Assembly (NCBI GenBank): GCA_036149055.1
Contig: JAYZQJ010000206.1
Coordinates: 1 to 38,760 of the forward strand
Length of the DNA: 38,760 bases
Reading direction: 5' to 3'
Source: Myxococcota bacterium
Lineage (GTDB): Bacteria; Myxococcota_A; Polyangia; Polyangiales; Sandaracinaceae
Both the position numbers and the translations under genes were made by a program. The notes beneath the pieces are model-generated. The model was not told the origin of the DNA. It did no database searches and worked only from the letters and a program-made list of their open reading frames with translations. Positions 28,631 to 36,855 of the stretch are shown here, one piece after another; within the stretch, counting starts at the first letter, position 1; each line of letters begins with the position of its first letter.

Positions 28631-29173
28631 GTGAGCGAATCGATCGAGCCGAAGCGGCGGTGGGGCCTCCTCGCCGCGGTGGTCGTGGTGGGCGTCGCCG
28701 CCGACCAGATCACCAAGTATCTCGCGGAGATCCACCTCCGGGGCCGCGGCCTCGTGCGGGTGATCGACGGCTTCTTCGAGTTTCGCTACGCGCGTAACCC
28801 CGGCGCGTTCTTCAGCCTCGGCGCCGAGCTCGACCCGAGCATTCGCCGGGTCGTCTTCGTGGTCGCGAGCCTCGCCGCGACCGTGCTGATCGGTCGCCTC
28901 TACGCGCGGGCCGAGCGGTCTCAGGTCGCCCTGCGCTGGGCGCTGATGCTGCTGCTCGCCGGCGCGCTCGGCAACCTCGTCGACCGCGTCCTCTGGGGCG
29001 AGGTCATCGACTTCGTCCACATGTACTGGCGTGGCGTCTTCGACTGGGCGACGTTCAACGTCGCCGACGCCCTCATCGTGTTCGGGCTCGGGCTGCTCGT
29101 CGTCGATCTCTTCCGCTCGCGAGAGGGGAACGGCGAGGCGAGCCCCGGGCCGACCACCGAAGGAAGCACGTGA
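28631..29173 (+). CDS. lspA: Lipoprotein signal peptidase II (copy 1)
   Basis: DQITK, NPGAFFS, GALGNLVDR, VIDF and FNVAD; both catalytic Asp residues present. Confidence 0.93.
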   Translation: MSESIEPKRRWGLLAAVVVVGVAADQITKYLAEIHLRGRGLVRVIDGFFEFRYARNPGAFFSLGAELDPSIRRVVFVVASLAATVLIGRLYARAERSQVALRWALMLLLAGALGNLVDRVLWGEVIDFVHMYWRGVFDWATFNVADALIVFGLGLLVVDLFRSREGNGEASPGPTTEGST

Positions 29174-29802
29174 CCCGACGCAGCCCCAAGGCCCTCGCGA
29201 TCGCGGCGGCCGCCACCGTGGCCTTCGTCGCCGCCGACCTCGGCACCAAGGCGTGGGCGTCCGAGACGCTCTCGGTCGAGCCGATGGGCGACCCGCCGCC
29301 GGTCTGCCAGCCGACGGAGAGCGGCCGCATCCGCATGCAGCGCCTCCCGGCCGAGGAGGTCACGCTCGTCGACGGCTACCTCGCCTTCAGCTACGCCGAG
29401 AACTGCGGCGCCGCCTTCGGCCTCTTGCGCGACGCGCCCAACTGGCTGCGCCGCTCGGTCTTCGGCATCGCGGCGCTCGCCGCCGCCATCGCGCTGTTCT
29501 GGATGTTCGCGCAAGGGAAGGGCGGCCCGCTCTTCCCCTACAGCGTGCCCCTCATCGTCAGCGGCGCGATCGGCAACCTCGTCGATCGGGTGCGGTTCGG
29601 CTACGTCGTCGACTTCATCGACTTCCACTGGCAAGACAGCTGGACGTATCCAACCTTCAACGTCGCCGACATCACCATCACGATCGGGGTGGTGCTGCTC
29701 CTGCTGGACGGCTTCCGCAAGGAGGAGCCGACCGGGGACGCGGACGACGGGGAGGGCGAGGACGAGGCCGCGGCGAAGCCCAAGCGCAAGCGCTCCGCCT
29801 GA
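29170..29802 (+). CDS. lspA: Lipoprotein signal peptidase II (copy 2, with periplasmic insert)
   Basis: DLGTK, NCGAAFG, GAIGNLVDR, VVDFI and YPTFNVAD. GTGA overlap with copy 1. Confidence 0.93.
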   Translation: MTRRSPKALAIAAAATVAFVAADLGTKAWASETLSVEPMGDPPPVCQPTESGRIRMQRLPAEEVTLVDGYLAFSYAENCGAAFGLLRDAPNWLRRSVFGIAALAAAIALFWMFAQGKGGPLFPYSVPLIVSGAIGNLVDRVRFGYVVDFIDFHWQDSWTYPTFNVADITITIGVVLLLLDGFRKEEPTGDADDGEGEDEAAAKPKRKRSA

Positions 29803-29826
29803 AGCGGCGTCACCCTCCGTCACGTC

Positions 29827-30930
29827 ATGAAGCCCGACTTCGCGCTCGAGCTCGCCCCGAACGTCGCCATCGTGGTGCTGACGCTGATCGGCGCGCTCGT
29901 CGCGGGCGTCTACGCCGCCCAGCGCGCGGGCAAGGTGCCGCGGCTCTGGCTCCAGGGCGCGGTCGTGCTCGGCGTCGTGCTCGCCACCCCCGTCGCGGCG
30001 CCGCTCCTCGACGAGCCGCTCCCCGCCTACTTCGCGATGCTCATGATGGGCTTCATCGTGGCGTTCTCGGTGGCGGTGGTCTGGGCGGTCCGGACCGGCA
30101 TCGACCACGAGGAGATCATCGATCTCGGCCTCGTGTGCCTCATCACCGGGGTGGCCGGGGCCCGCATCCTCCACGTGTTCGTGGACGGCTACTTCATGGA
30201 CTACGTGCACCTCTGCACCGACCACACCCTGGTGGAGTGGCCGCTGCCGCGAGGGCAGTGCACGGCCGAGATCGGCGGCACGTGGGACGCGGCCGCGGGG
30301 GTGTGCCGGCCGGCCGAGGGCGACTGCTTCGCCTGGATGAAGTTCTGGAACGGCGGCCTCGTCTGGTACGGCGGGCTCATCGGCGCGTCGTTCGCCGGCA
30401 TCTGGTTCCTGAAGCGGGTCGGCCTGCCGGTCCTCAAGGTGGTCGACGTGGCCGGCTACGCGATCCCGCTCGGCGTCTTCTTCGGGCGGCTCGGGTGCTG
30501 GTTCGGGGGCTGCTGCTTCGGCGTGCAGTCCGACTCGTGGCTCGCCGTCCGCTTCCCCGCCTGGTCGCCGGCCAGCGAGAAGCAGTACCGGGAGCACCTG
30601 CTGGACCACCCCGGCGTGGAGTCGCTCGCGGTGCTGCCGGCCCAGCTCTTCGAGGCGGTGGGCTGCCTGGTGATCGCGGCCTTCTGCATGATGTGGCTGC
30701 ACCCGCGCAAGCGCTTCGACGGGCAGGTCTTCGTGGTCTCGATGGCGCTCTACGCCGTGCTGCGCTTCTTCCTGGAGATCATCCGGGCCGACGACCGCGG
30801 CGGGGTGCTCGGCGTCTCCACCTCGCAGTGGATCGGGCTGCTCGCGCTCGCGGGCCTCGGGGTCGCCTACGCGAAGCTCCGCGAGCGGGCGAAGGCGAGG
30901 CTCTCGGCGCCGCTGCCGGACGCTGCCTGA
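29827..30930 (+). CDS. lgt: Prolipoprotein diacylglyceryl transferase
   Basis: GARILHV, GGLVWYGG, GRLGC..GCCFG, PAQLFE, RFFLEIIRAD and STSQWI. Confidence 0.92.
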   Translation: MKPDFALELAPNVAIVVLTLIGALVAGVYAAQRAGKVPRLWLQGAVVLGVVLATPVAAPLLDEPLPAYFAMLMMGFIVAFSVAVVWAVRTGIDHEEIIDLGLVCLITGVAGARILHVFVDGYFMDYVHLCTDHTLVEWPLPRGQCTAEIGGTWDAAAGVCRPAEGDCFAWMKFWNGGLVWYGGLIGASFAGIWFLKRVGLPVLKVVDVAGYAIPLGVFFGRLGCWFGGCCFGVQSDSWLAVRFPAWSPASEKQYREHLLDHPGVESLAVLPAQLFEAVGCLVIAAFCMMWLHPRKRFDGQVFVVSMALYAVLRFFLEIIRADDRGGVLGVSTSQWIGLLALAGLGVAYAKLRERAKARLSAPLPDAA

Positions 30931-30960
30931 GGCCAGCGCGCGTGGTAGAACGCGCCGGCC

Positions 30961-33900
30961 ATGTTCGACCCCGTCTCGCAGCGCATCCGGTTCCCCGACC
31001 TCGAAGAGGAGCTCCTCGCCTTCTGGGAGAAGGAGCGCATCTTCGAGAAGTCGGTGGAGGCGGCGAAGGACCGGCCCCGCTTCGTCTTCTACGAGGGCCC
31101 GCCGACCGCGAACGGCCTCCCGCACCCCGGCCACGTGCTCACCCGGGTGATGAAGGACGTCGTGCTCCGGTACCGGACGATGACCGGCTACCACGTGCCG
31201 CGGCGCGCCGGCTGGGACACGCACGGCCTGCCGGTCGAGGTGGAGGTCGAGAAGGACCTCGGCATCCACGGCCACGACGGCATCGAGGCGTACGGCGTCG
31301 AGGCCTTCAGCAAGCAGTGCATCGAGAGCGTCTTCAAGTACATCGAGGAGTGGCGCGTCATGACCCGGCGCATCGCGTTCTGGGTCGACTTCGACGACGC
31401 CTACGTGACCTTCCACTCCCGCTACGTGCAGAGCGTGTGGTGGGCGCTGAAGACCCTCTTCGACAAGGGCCTGCTCTACCAGGACTACAAGGTGGTCTGG
31501 TGGTGGCCGCAGGGCGGCACGGCGCTCTCGAGCGGCGAGGTCGGCCAGGGCTACAAGGAGGTCGACGACCCTTCGGTCATCGTCCGCTTCCGGCTGGCCG
31601 GCGAGGAGAAGAAGAGCTTCCTCGCCTGGACCACCACGCCCTGGACCCTGCCGTCGAACGTCGCCCTCGCGGTGGCCGCCGACCAGAGCTACGCGACGGT
31701 GCGGCTCGAGGACGGAGAGGAGCTGATCCTCGCCGAGGCGCTGGTGCCGAAGGTCATCGGCGACCGCGCGCACGAGATCGTCGAGACCCGCCCGGGCGCG
31801 GAGCTGGTCGGCGCCCGCTACGAGCCGGTCTTCGCCTACGCGACTCCGGAGGGCGGCAAGGCCTACGAGGTGGTCGCCGCGGACTTCGTCACCCTCGACA
31901 GCGGCTCGGGCCTCGTGCACATCGCGCCCGCCTTCGGTGAAGACGACTTCCAGGTCGCCAAGGCGAAGGGGCTCGGCTTCCTGCAGCTCGTCGAGCCCGA
32001 CGGGACCTTCTCCGACGCGGTCACCGACTTCGCCGGCCGCTTCTGCAAGGAGGCGGACCGCGACATCATCCGGCTGCTGAACAAGCGCGGCGACCTCTTC
32101 CACGAGGAGGTCTACAAGCACGACTACCCGTTCTGCTGGCGCAAGATGAGCGACCCGCTCATCCAGTACGCGCGGCGCTCGTGGTTCATCAAGACCACCG
32201 CCGAGATCGACCGGGTCATCGAGAACAACCAGCAGGTCCACTGGGAGCCCGCGCACATCAAGGACGGCCGCTTCGGCGAGTTCCTGCGCACGAACGTGGA
32301 CTGGGCGCTCTCCCGCGAGCGCTTCTGGGGCACGCCGCTGCCCATCTGGATCAACGACGAGACCGGGAAGATGGAGGCCATCGGCTCGGTGGACGAGCTG
32401 CTCCAGCGCAACCCGGACGCCTTCGCCCACTTCGACGCGGCGAAGGAGAAGGACCCCTCGCTGCGCGAGGACCTCCGGGTCCACAAGCCGTGGATCGACG
32501 AGGTCACGTTCCAGAAGGACGGCGAGCCCGGCGTCTACCGCCGGGTCGGCGAGGTCATCGACGCCTGGTTCGACTCCGGCTGCATGCCCTTCGCGCAGCA
32601 CGGCTACCCGCACCAGAACCGCGAGCTCTTCGAGCAGGAGTTCCCGGCCGACTTCATCACCGAGGCGCTCGATCAGACGCGCGGGTGGTTCTACTCGCTG
32701 ATCATGATCAGCACGCTGCTCTTCGAGGACGAGGCGCACCCGCACCCCTACCGCAACTGCACGGTGCTCGGGCTGTTGACGGCGCAGGACGGCCTCAAGC
32801 TCAGCAAGCAGCTCAAGAACTACTCGCCGCCCGACGAGATGTTCCAGAAGTTCGGGGCCGACGCGGTGCGCTGGTCGCTCTACGCGCAGTCGCTCCCGGG
32901 CCAGAGCGCGAAGTGGTTCGACGGCGGCGCCAACGACGCCATCAAGGACTTCCTGCTCAAGATCTGGAACTGCTACGCGTTCTTCGTCACCTACGCGAAC
33001 ATCGACGAGTGGAACCCCCGCTCGCCGCGGCCGCCGCTCGCCGCGCGGACGGACATGGACCGCTGGATCCTGGCCGAGCTCGACGCGACCGTGCGCGAGG
33101 TCCGGGCCGAGATGGACGCCTACCGCACGCACCCGTCGGCGCGTCGGCTCGGGGAGTTCGTCGACAGCCTGAGCAACTGGTACGTGCGCCGCAGCCGCTC
33201 GCGGTTCTGGGCCAAGGGCGAGTCGCAGGACAAGGACGCGGCCTTCGCGACCCTCTTCGAGGTCCTGGTCGACCTGTCCCGGGTGCTCGCGCCGTTCACG
33301 CCGTACCTCGCCGAGGCCCTCTACCAGAACCTCGCGCGCAAGGGCCTCGACGGCTGCCCCGAGTCGGTGCACCTCGACGCCTTCCCCGAGCCCGACGAGG
33401 CGCGGACGGACGACGCGCTCCGGGCCCAGATGGAGGCGGCGCGCAACGTCGTGACCCTCGGCCAGCGGGTCCGCGCGGCGCACAAGCTGAAGGTCCGCCA
33501 GCCGCTCGCCGAGGCCATCGTGGTGGTCGCCGACGACGACGAGCGCGACACCATCGAGCGCTTCGCCGACGCGATCACCGACGAGCTCAACATCCAGGAG
33601 CTCAGCTTCACCGACGAGCCGCGCAAGTACGTCGAGTTCTCGCTGCTGCCGAACTTCCGGGTCTGCGGGCCCAAGCACGGCAAGCGCGTGCCGCTCATCA
33701 AGAAGGCGCTCCAGGGCGCAGACGGGGGCGCGCTGCACGAGCAGATGGAGCGCGACGGCAAGATCCAGCTCGAGCTCTCGGACGGGCCGATCGAGCTCGG
33801 GCCCGACGAGATCGAGATCCGCCTCGAGGCGAAGGAGGACTTCGCCGCCGCCAGCTTCAAGGGGCAGGTGGTCGTGCTCGACACCCGGGTGACCGACGCG

Positions 33901-34164
33901 CTCAAGCGCGCCGGCCTCGCCCGCGAGGTGGTCAACCGCATCCAGCGAGCCCGCAAGGAGATGGACCTGCCCTTCGAGGGGCGGATCGAGCTCCGCTACG
34001 AGACGGGCGACGACGAGCTCGCCCAGGCGATCGCCGAGCACGCGGCGTACGTGCGCGACCAGGTGCTCGCGACGACCTTCGACCGGAGCGGCGAGGGGCC
34101 CGGCGAGCGCGTGGACGCCGAGATCGAGGGCCACCCGCTGACGCTCCACATCCACCCCATCTGA
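30961..34164 (+). CDS. ileS: Isoleucyl-tRNA synthetase, type 2 (archaeal/eukaryote-like)
   Basis: FYEGPPTANGLPHPGH, GWDTHGLPVE, WTTTPWTLPSN, DWALSRERFWGTPLP, DQTRGWFY and KLSKQ. Long C-terminus without the type-1 zinc finger. Confidence 0.96.
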   Translation: MFDPVSQRIRFPDLEEELLAFWEKERIFEKSVEAAKDRPRFVFYEGPPTANGLPHPGHVLTRVMKDVVLRYRTMTGYHVPRRAGWDTHGLPVEVEVEKDLGIHGHDGIEAYGVEAFSKQCIESVFKYIEEWRVMTRRIAFWVDFDDAYVTFHSRYVQSVWWALKTLFDKGLLYQDYKVVWWWPQGGTALSSGEVGQGYKEVDDPSVIVRFRLAGEEKKSFLAWTTTPWTLPSNVALAVAADQSYATVRLEDGEELILAEALVPKVIGDRAHEIVETRPGAELVGARYEPVFAYATPEGGKAYEVVAADFVTLDSGSGLVHIAPAFGEDDFQVAKAKGLGFLQLVEPDGTFSDAVTDFAGRFCKEADRDIIRLLNKRGDLFHEEVYKHDYPFCWRKMSDPLIQYARRSWFIKTTAEIDRVIENNQQVHWEPAHIKDGRFGEFLRTNVDWALSRERFWGTPLPIWINDETGKMEAIGSVDELLQRNPDAFAHFDAAKEKDPSLREDLRVHKPWIDEVTFQKDGEPGVYRRVGEVIDAWFDSGCMPFAQHGYPHQNRELFEQEFPADFITEALDQTRGWFYSLIMISTLLFEDEAHPHPYRNCTVLGLLTAQDGLKLSKQLKNYSPPDEMFQKFGADAVRWSLYAQSLPGQSAKWFDGGANDAIKDFLLKIWNCYAFFVTYANIDEWNPRSPRPPLAARTDMDRWILAELDATVREVRAEMDAYRTHPSARRLGEFVDSLSNWYVRRSRSRFWAKGESQDKDAAFATLFEVLVDLSRVLAPFTPYLAEALYQNLARKGLDGCPESVHLDAFPEPDEARTDDALRAQMEAARNVVTLGQRVRAAHKLKVRQPLAEAIVVVADDDERDTIERFADAITDELNIQELSFTDEPRKYVEFSLLPNFRVCGPKHGKRVPLIKKALQGADGGALHEQMERDGKIQLELSDGPIELGPDEIEIRLEAKEDFAAASFKGQVVVLDTRVTDALKRAGLAREVVNRIQRARKEMDLPFEGRIELRYETGDDELAQAIAEHAAYVRDQVLATTFDRSGEGPGERVDAEIEGHPLTLHIHPI

Positions 34165-34173
34165 GGAGATCCG

Positions 34174-35037
34174 ATGACTGCGCAGAAGCTCGACGGCAAG
34201 GCGATCGCCAAGCAGGTCCGGGCCGAGGTCGCCGAGAGCGCGGCCCGCTTCGCCGAGGCCCACGGTCGCCAGCCCGGCCTCGAGGTGGTGCTGGTCGGCG
34301 AGGACGCCGCCTCTCAGGTCTACGTGCGCAACAAGGAGCGGGCGGCCGGCAAGGCGGGGATCCGCGGCGAGGTGCACCGCCTGCCGGCGAGCGCGAGCGA
34401 GGACACGCTCTTCTCGCTGCTCGCGAAGCTGAACGCGGACGACGCGGTCGACGGCATCCTGGTGCAGCTCCCGCTCCCGTCGCAGCTCGACGAGCTGCGC
34501 ACGACCGATCGCATCGACCCGGCGAAGGACGTCGACGGCCTGCACGCGGTGAACGCGGGGCTCCTGATGGTCGGGCGCGAGGGGCTCCGGCCCTGCACGC
34601 CCCGTGGCTGCATGCGCCTGCTCGCCGAGACCGGCGTCTCGCTGAGCGGCAAGCGGGCCATCGTGCTCGGCCGCAGCAACCTGGTGGGCAAGCCCATCGC
34701 CCAGATGCTGCTCGCCGAGAACTGCACCGTCACCATGGCCCACTCGCGCACCCAGGATCTCGCCGAGCGAGTCCGGGAGAGCGACATCGTCATCGCCGCG
34801 GTGGGTCGGCCCAAGATGGTCGAGGGCAGCTGGCTGAAGGAGGGCGCCGTCGTCATCGACGTCGGGATCAACCGTCTGGACGACGGCTCCCTCTGCGGCG
34901 ACGTGGACTACGACGCGGCCCTGTCGCGCGCGAGCTGGATCACCCCGGTCCCCGGCGGGGTCGGGCCGATGACCATCGCCATGCTCCTCCAGAACACCGT
35001 CGACGCCGCCTGGGCACGCCTCGCCTCGCCTCGGTGA
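34174..35037 (+). CDS. folD: Methylenetetrahydrofolate dehydrogenase/cyclohydrolase
   Basis: [41 protein letters not shown] and [15 protein letters not shown]. Confidence 0.97.
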   Translation: MTAQKLDGKAIAKQVRAEVAESAARFAEAHGRQPGLEVVLVGEDAASQVYVRNKERAAGKAGIRGEVHRLPASASEDTLFSLLAKLNADDAVDGILVQLPLPSQLDELRTTDRIDPAKDVDGLHAVNAGLLMVGREGLRPCTPRGCMRLLAETGVSLSGKRAIVLGRSNLVGKPIAQMLLAENCTVTMAHSRTQDLAERVRESDIVIAAVGRPKMVEGSWLKEGAVVIDVGINRLDDGSLCGDVDYDAALSRASWITPVPGGVGPMTIAMLLQNTVDAAWARLASPR

Positions 35038-35054
35038 GGGGTCTTCGGCTTCGA

Positions 35055-35320
35055 ATTACTCTCGCAAAGCCGCGAAGCCGCAAAGGGGGCTTGGGGCGGC
35101 GAGATGGGGGCTGGCCGGCTGGTCTTGGGCTGCTGAGCCTGGCCTTTGCGAGGGCTTCTTGGGCTTCCAGTTAGTCACGCAAAGACGCAAAGGGGCTGGG
35201 GGGCGGCGGGATGGGGGGCTGGCCGGCTGGGTGCCCGGCTGACGCCTTGTCCTCGTAGCCTCTTCGTGTGGTTTCGGGGGCGCAATTATTCTCGCAGAGG
35301 CGCAGAGGCGCAGAGGGGGC
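35055..35320 (+). repeat. Three-unit degenerate array with 115-nt period
   Basis: Heads CTCGCAAAGCCGCGAAGCCGCAAAG (35061), CACGCAAAGACGCAAAG (35176) and CTCGCAGAGGCGCAGAGGCGCAGAG (35291), each followed by a G-run. Units 1 and 2 share a GGGCGGCG..ATGGGGG(G)CTGGCCGGCTGG tail. Confidence 0.75.
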
Positions 35321-35358
35321 GGGTCGGTGGACGGCTCACGGGATGGCTCGGCCTGGGA

Positions 35359-35507
35359 CTCGGTCTCTGCGTCGGTCTCTGCGTCGGTCTCTGCGTCGGT
35401 CGCTGCGTCGGTCTCGGTCTCGGATTCGGCCTCGGATTCGGCCTCGGATTCGGTCTCGGATTCGGTCTCGGACTCGGTCCCGGCCTCGGAGTCGGCCTCG
35501 GATCCGA
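35359..35507. repeat. Hexamer/dodecamer tandem repeat (GTCGGTCTCTGC)n followed by (CTCGGATTCGGY)n
   Basis: Directly visible tandem units. Translations in all frames are low-complexity (GLGFGL, DSVSASVS, RPNPRP). Confidence 0.85.
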
Positions 35508-35543
35508 CGGGAACCGGCGGCGGGGCGGTGGTGTCGGAGCTGA

Positions 35544-35969
35544 GTGCTCCGGGGTCGAAGAGCGCTCTTCCTCACGCTGCTGACGCTCGCGCTGGCCGGC
35601 TGGTGGTCGCTCCCGGCGCGGGCCTGTTCGCTCTCGCTCGACGGGCATCGCCGGGCGCTACGGAGCGCGCATCGTGCGGTCGCCGCGTGCGGCGCTCGGT
35701 TCGGGCTGCCGCCGGGGCGCTACGTCGTGGGGGTCGCGATCGATCCGTCGGGCAAGGCGACCGAGGTGGCGGTTCGAGAGAGCCCGGGCTCGATCGGGGC
35801 GGCGGCGGAGAGCTGCGTGGAGATGGCGTTCACGCTCCCCGCGTATCCGGCGAGCGCAGGCGAGGGAGCGTCGGCGCGGAGCGGGGGAGGGCGGCTGTCG
35901 CGCGTGCCCTCGCCCGCGCGGATGTGCGAGGGGCCGGTGCAGGTGCGCTGGCCCTTCGTGCTGCGCTGA
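35544..35969 (+). CDS. Exported protein with TonB-C/AgmX-PglI C-terminal-like domain
   Basis: Signal peptide (ARA cleavage), VAAC...VAIDPSGKATEV...AESCV...YP and terminal VRWPFVLR, a pattern typical of TonB-C-like domains. Confidence 0.6.
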   Translation: MLRGRRALFLTLLTLALAGWWSLPARACSLSLDGHRRALRSAHRAVAACGARFGLPPGRYVVGVAIDPSGKATEVAVRESPGSIGAAAESCVEMAFTLPAYPASAGEGASARSGGGRLSRVPSPARMCEGPVQVRWPFVLR

Positions 35970-36854
35970 TCAGTCGAGGATCTGGGCGAGGATGCGGTCG
36001 AGCTCGTCGTAGCTCGAGTAGTTGACGACGAGCTTGCCCTTGCCCTTCTTGTCCTCGACCGCGACCCGGGCGCCGAGGCTGCGGCTCAGGCGCTGCTCGA
36101 GGTCCTTGACGTTGGCGCTCTTGCTGGCCGCGGCCTTCTCTTCGGCCGGCTTCTCGCCGCGCGCCTCGGCCCGGACCCGGCGCTCCGTCTCGCGCACGCT
36201 CCAGCCCTTCTTGATCGCCGCGGCCGCGAGCCGCTTCATGGCCGCGACGTCGGGGGCGCCGAGGAGCGCGCGGCCGTGGCCCTCGCTGAGCTGCCCGTCC
36301 TCGAGCAGGTCGAGCACCTGCGGCGGCAGCTTGAGGAGGCGCAGCGCGTTGGCGATGGTCGAGCGGTCCTTGCCGACGCGCTGGGCGACCGACTCCTGGG
36401 TGTGGCCGTGCTCGTCGACCAGGCGCTGGAAGGCCTTCGCGGTCTCGATGGGGTTCAGGTCCTCGCGCTGGAGGTTCTCGACCAGCGCGGCCTCGAAGGC
36501 CTCGTCGGTGCCGAGCTCGCGCACGAACACCGGGACCCGCTTGAGCCCCGCCCGCTGGGCCGCGCGCCAACGACGCTCGCCGGCGATGATCTCGTAGCCC
36601 GGCTGCCCGGCGCGCTCCCGCACCAGGATGGGCTCGAGCACGCCGAGCTCCTTGATGGAGGCGGCGAGCTCGTCGAGCTTGGCGTCGTCGAAGCGGGTCC
36701 GCGGCTGCTCCCGGTTCGGGTGCACTTCCTCGATGTTCGCCTCGAAGCCCTGCGCCTTCTTGGTGGGCGCGGGCGCCGCGTCTCCGCTCGCCTTCGGGGG
36801 CGGCGCGGCGGGGAGCATTCCGTCGAGCCCTCGACCGAGTCGTCGCTTCGCCAC
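35970..36854 (-). CDS. parB: Chromosome partitioning protein ParB/Spo0J
   Basis: LGRGL N-terminal peptide, NREQPR..F, GVLEPI, CTP-binding IAGERRWRAA, ENLQREDL, HTH and LSEGHGRALL. Confidence 0.96.
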   Translation of the reverse strand: MAKRRLGRGLDGMLPAAPPPKASGDAAPAPTKKAQGFEANIEEVHPNREQPRTRFDDAKLDELAASIKELGVLEPILVRERAGQPGYEIIAGERRWRAAQRAGLKRVPVFVRELGTDEAFEAALVENLQREDLNPIETAKAFQRLVDEHGHTQESVAQRVGKDRSTIANALRLLKLPPQVLDLLEDGQLSEGHGRALLGAPDVAAMKRLAAAAIKKGWSVRETERRVRAEARGEKPAEEKAAASKSANVKDLEQRLSRSLGARVAVEDKKGKGKLVVNYSSYDELDRILAQILD

Positions 36855-36855
36855 G

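Noticed and set aside
30931..30960. T-box leader for ileS
   Set aside because: The intergenic gap is only 30 nt and has no T-box motif.
6060..30975. Three genes beginning MFDP (prkA, the 107-aa ORF, ileS)
   Set aside because: Similarity stops after four residues; most likely coincidence.
28921..34743. 1940-aa minus-strand ORF and other long antisense or alternate-frame ORFs throughout the window
   Set aside because: Shadow ORFs of real high-GC genes (ileS, lgt, folD and others); stop codons are rare in those frames.
35055..35507. CRISPR array
   Set aside because: Repeats are not identical, spacers resemble each other or are microsatellite, and no cas genes are present.
35327..36025. SD-repeat (Sdr-like) adhesin ORF DSVSASVS...DSASDS
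   Set aside because: No signal peptide or anchor. All frames through the microsatellite are open and the remainder is an off-frame read of the 35544 gene.
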